Source of the DNA: Deltaproteobacteria bacterium
GTDB lineage: Bacteria > Desulfobacterota > Binatia > Binatales > Binataceae
Assembly (NCBI GenBank): GCA_021780755.1
Contig: JAJXYF010000039.1
Location: forward strand, 11,529 to 75,528
Direction of reading: 5' to 3'
DNA length: 64,000 nt
Shown: positions 59,603 to 64,000 of the stretch, one piece after another
How positions within the stretch are numbered: the stretch's first letter is position 1
How the letters are laid out: each line of letters begins with the position of its first letter
Program-made: the position numbers and the translations under genes
The notes under the pieces: generated by a model
Told to the model about the DNA's origin: nothing
The model's input: the letters and a program-made list of their open reading frames with translations, nothing else
The model's database searches: none

Positions 59603-60961
59603 ATGCCGTCAACCACGATCGATTCCGCCATCTTTCGCGATCTGTTCAGCACCGACGCGATGCGCCGGGTGTTTTCCGATGAGAGTCGCGTGGGGCACTG
59701 CCTCGCGATCGAGGCGGCATTGGCGCGGGTCGAAGCGCGCCTCGGGATCATCCCCGAGGCGGCGGCGATGGAAATCGAGGCGCAGGCGCGAATCGAAAAT
59801 ATCGACTTCGACGCGCTGCGGAGGCGGACGGAACTGGTTGGATCACCGATCATTCCGCTGGTCGAGCAACTGACGGCGCGATGTGCGAACGGTCACGGCC
59901 AGTACTGCCATTGGGGGGCGACCACGCAGGACCTCACGGACACCGCGAGCGTCCGGCAGATTCGCGAGGCGTTAACGCTGGTGGATAACGACCTCGCCGC
60001 GATCTCCGAGGCGCTCGCCAAGCTCGCGCGCAGATTTCGCGATACGCCGATGGCGGGGCGCAGCAACTTGCAGCAGGCAGTGCCGATCACGTTCGGCTTC
60101 AAGGCGGCGGCGTGTCTGGCCGCGATCGAGCGTCATCGCGGGCGGCTCGCCGAGCTTCGCCCCCGCGTGCTGACCGGACAATTCGGCGGCGCCGCCGGCA
60201 CGCTGGCGTCGCTCGGCGCGCGCGGTTTGGAGGTGCAGGCCGCCCTGATGAAGGAACTGGGACTCGCCCAGCCGGAAATCGCCTGGCATACCCATCGCGA
60301 TCGCTTCGCCGAGGCCGGAGGCTTCCTCGGGTTGGTCACCGGCACGCTGGGCAAGATCGCGACCGACGTCAAGCTGATGATGCAGACCGAGGTCGGCGAG
60401 GCGTTCGAGGCGTTCGCACCGGGCCGCGGGTCCAGCTCAACGATGCCGCAAAAGCGCAATCCGGTCGCCTGCAATTATATCCTCGCGTGCGCCGCACTCG
60501 TCCGCCAACAGGTAGCGGCACTGCTCGAAGCGATGGTCGAAGATCACGAACGGGCGAGCGGCCCGTGGCAAATCGAATGGGTCGCGATACCGGAGATTTT
60601 CCTACTGGCGTCGGGTGCCCTTGCGCATGCCCGCACGCTGGTTACGGGACTGCACATCGACGCCGCCCGAATGCGCGCCAACCTCGACCTGACCGGCGGC
60701 CAGATCTCAGCCGAGGCGGTGATGATGGCGTTGGCGCCGTCGATCGGACGCGAACGGGCGCACGACCTGGTCTATGATTTGTGCCGGCGCGCGATGGTCG
60801 AAGCACGTCCGCTGATCGAAGTGCTCGCGGCCGACGCCGAGGTGTCGCGCCATCTCGATCGCCCCGCGCTCGAGCGGCTGCTCGATCCGGCGAACTACCT
60901 CGGCCTGGCGTCCACGATGGTCGATGGTGTCCTGGCGCGCCTGCGGTCGGACGGGCGCTAG
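59603..60961 (+). CDS. pcaB: 3-carboxy-cis,cis-muconate cycloisomerase-like (fumarase/ASL superfamily)
   Basis: HWGATTQD, GQFGGAAGTLASL, GSSSTMPQKRNP, DHER..GPWQ.EW, LDPANYLG. Confidence 0.8.
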   Translation: MPSTTIDSAIFRDLFSTDAMRRVFSDESRVGHCLAIEAALARVEARLGIIPEAAAMEIEAQARIENIDFDALRRRTELVGSPIIPLVEQLTARCANGHGQYCHWGATTQDLTDTASVRQIREALTLVDNDLAAISEALAKLARRFRDTPMAGRSNLQQAVPITFGFKAAACLAAIERHRGRLAELRPRVLTGQFGGAAGTLASLGARGLEVQAALMKELGLAQPEIAWHTHRDRFAEAGGFLGLVTGTLGKIATDVKLMMQTEVGEAFEAFAPGRGSSSTMPQKRNPVACNYILACAALVRQQVAALLEAMVEDHERASGPWQIEWVAIPEIFLLASGALAHARTLVTGLHIDAARMRANLDLTGGQISAEAVMMALAPSIGRERAHDLVYDLCRRAMVEARPLIEVLAADAEVSRHLDRPALERLLDPANYLGLASTMVDGVLARLRSDGR

Positions 60962-61047
60962 TTGCCGCTTGACACTATCGCTATAATAAATCGCGGTAAT
61001 ATCCACAGGTGGATAACTCCGCAGGCAGGCGATGGCGCAGGTGTGCG

Positions 61048-61695
61048 ATGGGGTCGGATCTGACAGTGGCGCGCGAACGGATGGTCGCCGAGCAACTCGA
61101 ACAGCGCGGAATTAGCGACCCGCGGGTGCTCGCCGCGATGCGGGCGGTCGCGCGCGATCGATTCATCCCGGCGGAATATGCCGATCACGCTTACGACGAC
61201 GGGCCACTGCCGATCGGCGCCGCGCAGACTATTTCACAGCCCTACATGGTCGCCCTGATGAGCGAAGTCGCGATGCTCAAGGGCCGCGAGCGCGTGCTCG
61301 AAGTGGGCACCGGCTCCGGCTATCAGACCGCGATTCTCGCGCGACTGGCCGCCGAGGTCTATTCGGTCGAAGTGATCGAATCGCTGCACGATCGCGCGTG
61401 CGCAATCACGTCAGCGATGGGTATCGCCAACCTTCATCTGCGGCGCGCCGACGGCTCCGAGGGATGGCCCGAGGAAGCGCCCTTCGACGCGATACTGGTC
61501 ACCGCCGCGATGCCGGGGATCGCGCGTCCGTTGCTCGAGCAACTCGCTCCGGAGGGACGGCTGGTCGCTCCGATCGGCGAGGACGAATTGCAAACGCTGG
61601 TGCGCGTCAGCCGCCATGATGGTTCGTGGCGCGAGGAATATTTCGGTGAATGCCGTTTCGTGCTGATGACCGGTAAGCACGGATTTCCGGACTAG
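61048..61695 (+). CDS. pcm: Protein-L-isoaspartate O-methyltransferase
   Basis: AYDDGPLPIG..QTISQP, VLEVGTGSGYQTA, GWPEEAPFDAILVTAA. Confidence 0.96.
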   Translation: MGSDLTVARERMVAEQLEQRGISDPRVLAAMRAVARDRFIPAEYADHAYDDGPLPIGAAQTISQPYMVALMSEVAMLKGRERVLEVGTGSGYQTAILARLAAEVYSVEVIESLHDRACAITSAMGIANLHLRRADGSEGWPEEAPFDAILVTAAMPGIARPLLEQLAPEGRLVAPIGEDELQTLVRVSRHDGSWREEYFGECRFVLMTGKHGFPD

Positions 61696-61753
61696 GTGAT
61701 TCGGGTCGGTGCGCACGGGGGCGCGCGCCGTGTGCGGGGGAGGATGTGGTGAG

Positions 61754-62554
61754 GTGGTGGAAAATCGAATCAGCTATCGACTTGCGCTACTGAAACCGAG
61801 GCTCGCCCTGGCGATGGTGCTGGTCGCGACGTGCGCCGCCGGATGCGCCAGCCAAACGTCATCGGCGGCGGCGTCCGCATCATACCGATCCGCGCATCGC
61901 AACCGGCGCATCGCCAGCCATACCGTGGCACCGGGCGAGACCGTCTATCACATCGCGCATCAGTACGGCGTCAGCACCGGCCGCCTGATGGAAGCGAACA
62001 ATCTCGGCGATCCGCGCGATCTGCGCGTCGGCCAGGTGCTGGTGATTCCGGGCGCGAGCTTCGACGAGGCCGCGATGCCGCCGGCGGCCGCCTCGATGTT
62101 CGGGCTGCCCGACCCGTGGTCGGTGCCGCGCGCCGATCGCCAATTCGCATGGCCGGTCGCCGCCGGCACGGTCTCGTCGCCGTTCGGGATGCGCAACGGC
62201 GCGATGCACGACGGCGTCGATATAGCGGCCCCGGCCGGTACTCCCGTTTATGCGGCCGACGATGGCACCGTGATCTTCGAGGGCCATCTGCACGGCTACG
62301 GCAATGTCGTCATCGTCCAGCACAGCGGCGGCTACGTCACCGTGTATGGTCACAACCGGCGCAATCTGGTGAGCGCGGGCGCGACTGTCGCGCGCGGCCA
62401 GCAAATCGCCGAGATCGGCGACAGCGGACGCACCACCGGCCCCAATCTCCATTTCGAGGTTCGGTACAACAACCAGGCCGAAAATCCGCTCGCCTATCTG
62501 TCCCAACCCAACGGGACCACCGGCATCACCTTTGCTCGCAACAGCGGCTCGTAA
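61754..62554 (+). CDS. LysM + M23 peptidase lipoprotein (NlpD-like)
   Basis: AAGC lipobox, LysM HTVAPGET, HDGVD, HLHFE-like NLHFEVR; follows pcm. Confidence 0.9.
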   Translation: MVENRISYRLALLKPRLALAMVLVATCAAGCASQTSSAAASASYRSAHRNRRIASHTVAPGETVYHIAHQYGVSTGRLMEANNLGDPRDLRVGQVLVIPGASFDEAAMPPAAASMFGLPDPWSVPRADRQFAWPVAAGTVSSPFGMRNGAMHDGVDIAAPAGTPVYAADDGTVIFEGHLHGYGNVVIVQHSGGYVTVYGHNRRNLVSAGATVARGQQIAEIGDSGRTTGPNLHFEVRYNNQAENPLAYLSQPNGTTGITFARNSGS

Positions 62555-62597
62555 GAGAAGGGGAGATTTGTTGAGGAGCGCAGAACTATTATTTTCA

Positions 62598-62663
62598 CTG
62601 AAACCTCACGAGGTTTCAGACTTCCCAATAGTTGAAGATGTGGGCTGCGCCCGGTGAAACCCC
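62598..62663 (+). repeat. Dispersed structured intergenic repeat, copy 3
   Basis: CTGAAACCT-CACG-AGGTTTCAG-ACTTCCC-N10-GATGTGGGCTGCGCCCGGTGAAACCCC. Confidence 0.78.
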
Positions 62664-62789
62664 ATCACTCCAGTATCGTCGGGATATTCCTGAGCTTAGT
62701 ATGCTGGTGAAATTTCTGGACGGAACCGAGCGGCTCGCCGTGCGGTCGTGTATCGTGAATTTTCCACATTAACCAATGCGCATTTGCAA

Positions 62790-63311
62790 ATGACTACAGC
62801 AGAAATCAAACAACTCATCCGCGACATTCCCGATTTCCCCAAACCCGGCATCCTCTTTCGCGATATCACGCCGCTGATCGGCGACGCCCGCGGGCTGGCC
62901 GCGGTAGTCGATCAGATCGCGGAGCCATGGCTCGGCAAGGTCGATATGGTGCTCGGCATCGAATCGCGCGGCTTCATCGTCGGCGCCCCGGTCGCCTATC
63001 GGCTGGGCGTCGGCCTGACCATCGCGCGCAAACCGGGCAAGCTCCCGTTTCGCACGGTTGACGAAAGCTACGACCTCGAATACGGAAGCGCGGCCCTGCA
63101 AATCCACGAGGACGGCATGATGGGCAAGCGGCGCATCCTGATCGTGGACGATTTGCTGGCGACCGGCGGCACCGCGCTGGCGGCGGTCCGCCTGGTGCAT
63201 AAGCTCGGCAGCGAAGTCGTCGGCTGCGCGTTCGTGATCGAATTGAAAGCGCTGGGCGGACGCGAGCGCCTGGCGCCAACCAGTTGCTCGACGCTGATCG
63301 ATTATGAATAG
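62790..63311 (+). CDS. apt: Adenine phosphoribosyltransferase
   Basis: IRDIPDFPKPGILFRDITPL, GIESRGF, RKPGKLP, YDLEYG, VDDLLATGGT. Confidence 0.97.
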   Translation: MTTAEIKQLIRDIPDFPKPGILFRDITPLIGDARGLAAVVDQIAEPWLGKVDMVLGIESRGFIVGAPVAYRLGVGLTIARKPGKLPFRTVDESYDLEYGSAALQIHEDGMMGKRRILIVDDLLATGGTALAAVRLVHKLGSEVVGCAFVIELKALGGRERLAPTSCSTLIDYE

Positions 63312-63395
63312 CGCGGGCGTTTCGCCCTGATGCGCGCCGCTCGCCGCACCTATGAGCGATCGCACGCGACTATGAGTAAGCAGGGTTAGCCGGTG

Positions 63396-64000
63396 ATGCC
63401 GCACGATCATCAAGCCGCGATCGCGCCCGATCGGCGACGACTCCTGATCGTTCTGGCGATCACGGCGCTGTTCTTTGTCGCCGAGCTCCTGGGCGGCTAC
63501 TTCGCCAACAGCCTCGCCCTGATGACCGATGCGGTCCACGTCCTCACCGACATAGCCGCGCTATGCCTGAGCCTGCTGGCGTTGTGGATCTCCTCGCGTC
63601 CGGCCAGCGGCGCCAAGACCTTTGGCTACCTGCGCGCGGAAATTCTCGGCGCGCTCTTCAACGGACTGCTGCTGTGGGTGCTGGTGGTCTTCGTCTGGTT
63701 CGAGGCGGCCCAGCGCCTGCGCGATCCGCCGGCGGTGCATAGCCCGCTCATGATGGCGGTGGCGACGCTCGGCATCGCCGTCAACAGCTTCTCCGCGTGG
63801 ATGACCTCTGGGGCCGGCCTGGGGCAGACCGGGCGCGCCGGGATGGCCGTGCGGGCGGTCTTCGTTCACGTCGTCTCGGATCTGGTCGGTTCGGTCGGCG
63901 TCCTGCTCGCCGGCGCGCTGACCTTTTTCACCGGATGGCGCGAGGCCGACCCGATCATCTCGATATTAATCGGATGCCTGATAATTTACGGCTCATGGGA
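63396..64000 (+). CDS. czcD: Cation diffusion facilitator (CzcD/ZitB-like), truncated by window end
   Basis: Manual translation MPHDH...AELLGGYFANSLALMTDAVHVLTD...TFGYLRAEILGA...AVFVHVVSDLVGS. Confidence 0.9.
   Translation, partial: MPHDHQAAIAPDRRRLLIVLAITALFFVAELLGGYFANSLALMTDAVHVLTDIAALCLSLLALWISSRPASGAKTFGYLRAEILGALFNGLLLWVLVVFVWFEAAQRLRDPPAVHSPLMMAVATLGIAVNSFSAWMTSGAGLGQTGRAGMAVRAVFVHVVSDLVGSVGVLLAGALTFFTGWREADPIISILIGCLIIYGSW

Noticed and set aside
59603-60961. Protocatechuate (beta-ketoadipate) gene cluster
   Set aside because: Only the pcaB-like gene is present; no pcaGH, pcaC or pcaD adjacent, so the pathway cannot be claimed.
36794-62663. GAAAC-containing repeat as a CRISPR repeat
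   Set aside because: Copies are 9-17 kb apart rather than arrayed with spacers, and there are no cas genes.

Overview
High-GC bacterial chromosome window. Gene content (many LLM oxidoreductases, CaiB/BaiF CoA-transferases, alpha/beta hydrolases, deltaproteobacteria-like rpmE-prfA-prmC-murA-his and pcm-nlpD-apt blocks) suggests Candidatus Binatota or a relative; this is inference only. Housekeeping: comF, purMN, grxC, glpK, gshA, gspC, dacA, sppA, hisDBA, murA, prmC, prfA, rpmE, pcm, apt, partial czcD. Notable features: (1) an FHA / zinc-ribbon / Ser-Thr kinase operon whose kinase has the WNK-type catalytic lysine relocation (GxGxxK in the Gly loop, beta3 Lys replaced by Ala); (2) a visibly lower-GC ~8 kb island (about 17.6-25.6 kb) with four intact TadG-like pilus-tip genes, two TadE-like genes, an unannotated frameshifted remnant of a fifth TadG, and no Tad core machinery; (3) a DHDPS-family aldolase paired with a PfkB-kinase/SIS-isomerase fusion; (4) a PaaR-like TetR, single diiron protein and PaaG-like cluster; (5) a three-copy dispersed ~55 bp structured repeat; (6) a CLC with atypical filter residues. 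I found no rRNA, tRNA, CRISPR array, integrase or transposase. All calls come from reading motifs by eye; no database searches were run. Many start codons were refined from the ORF track.
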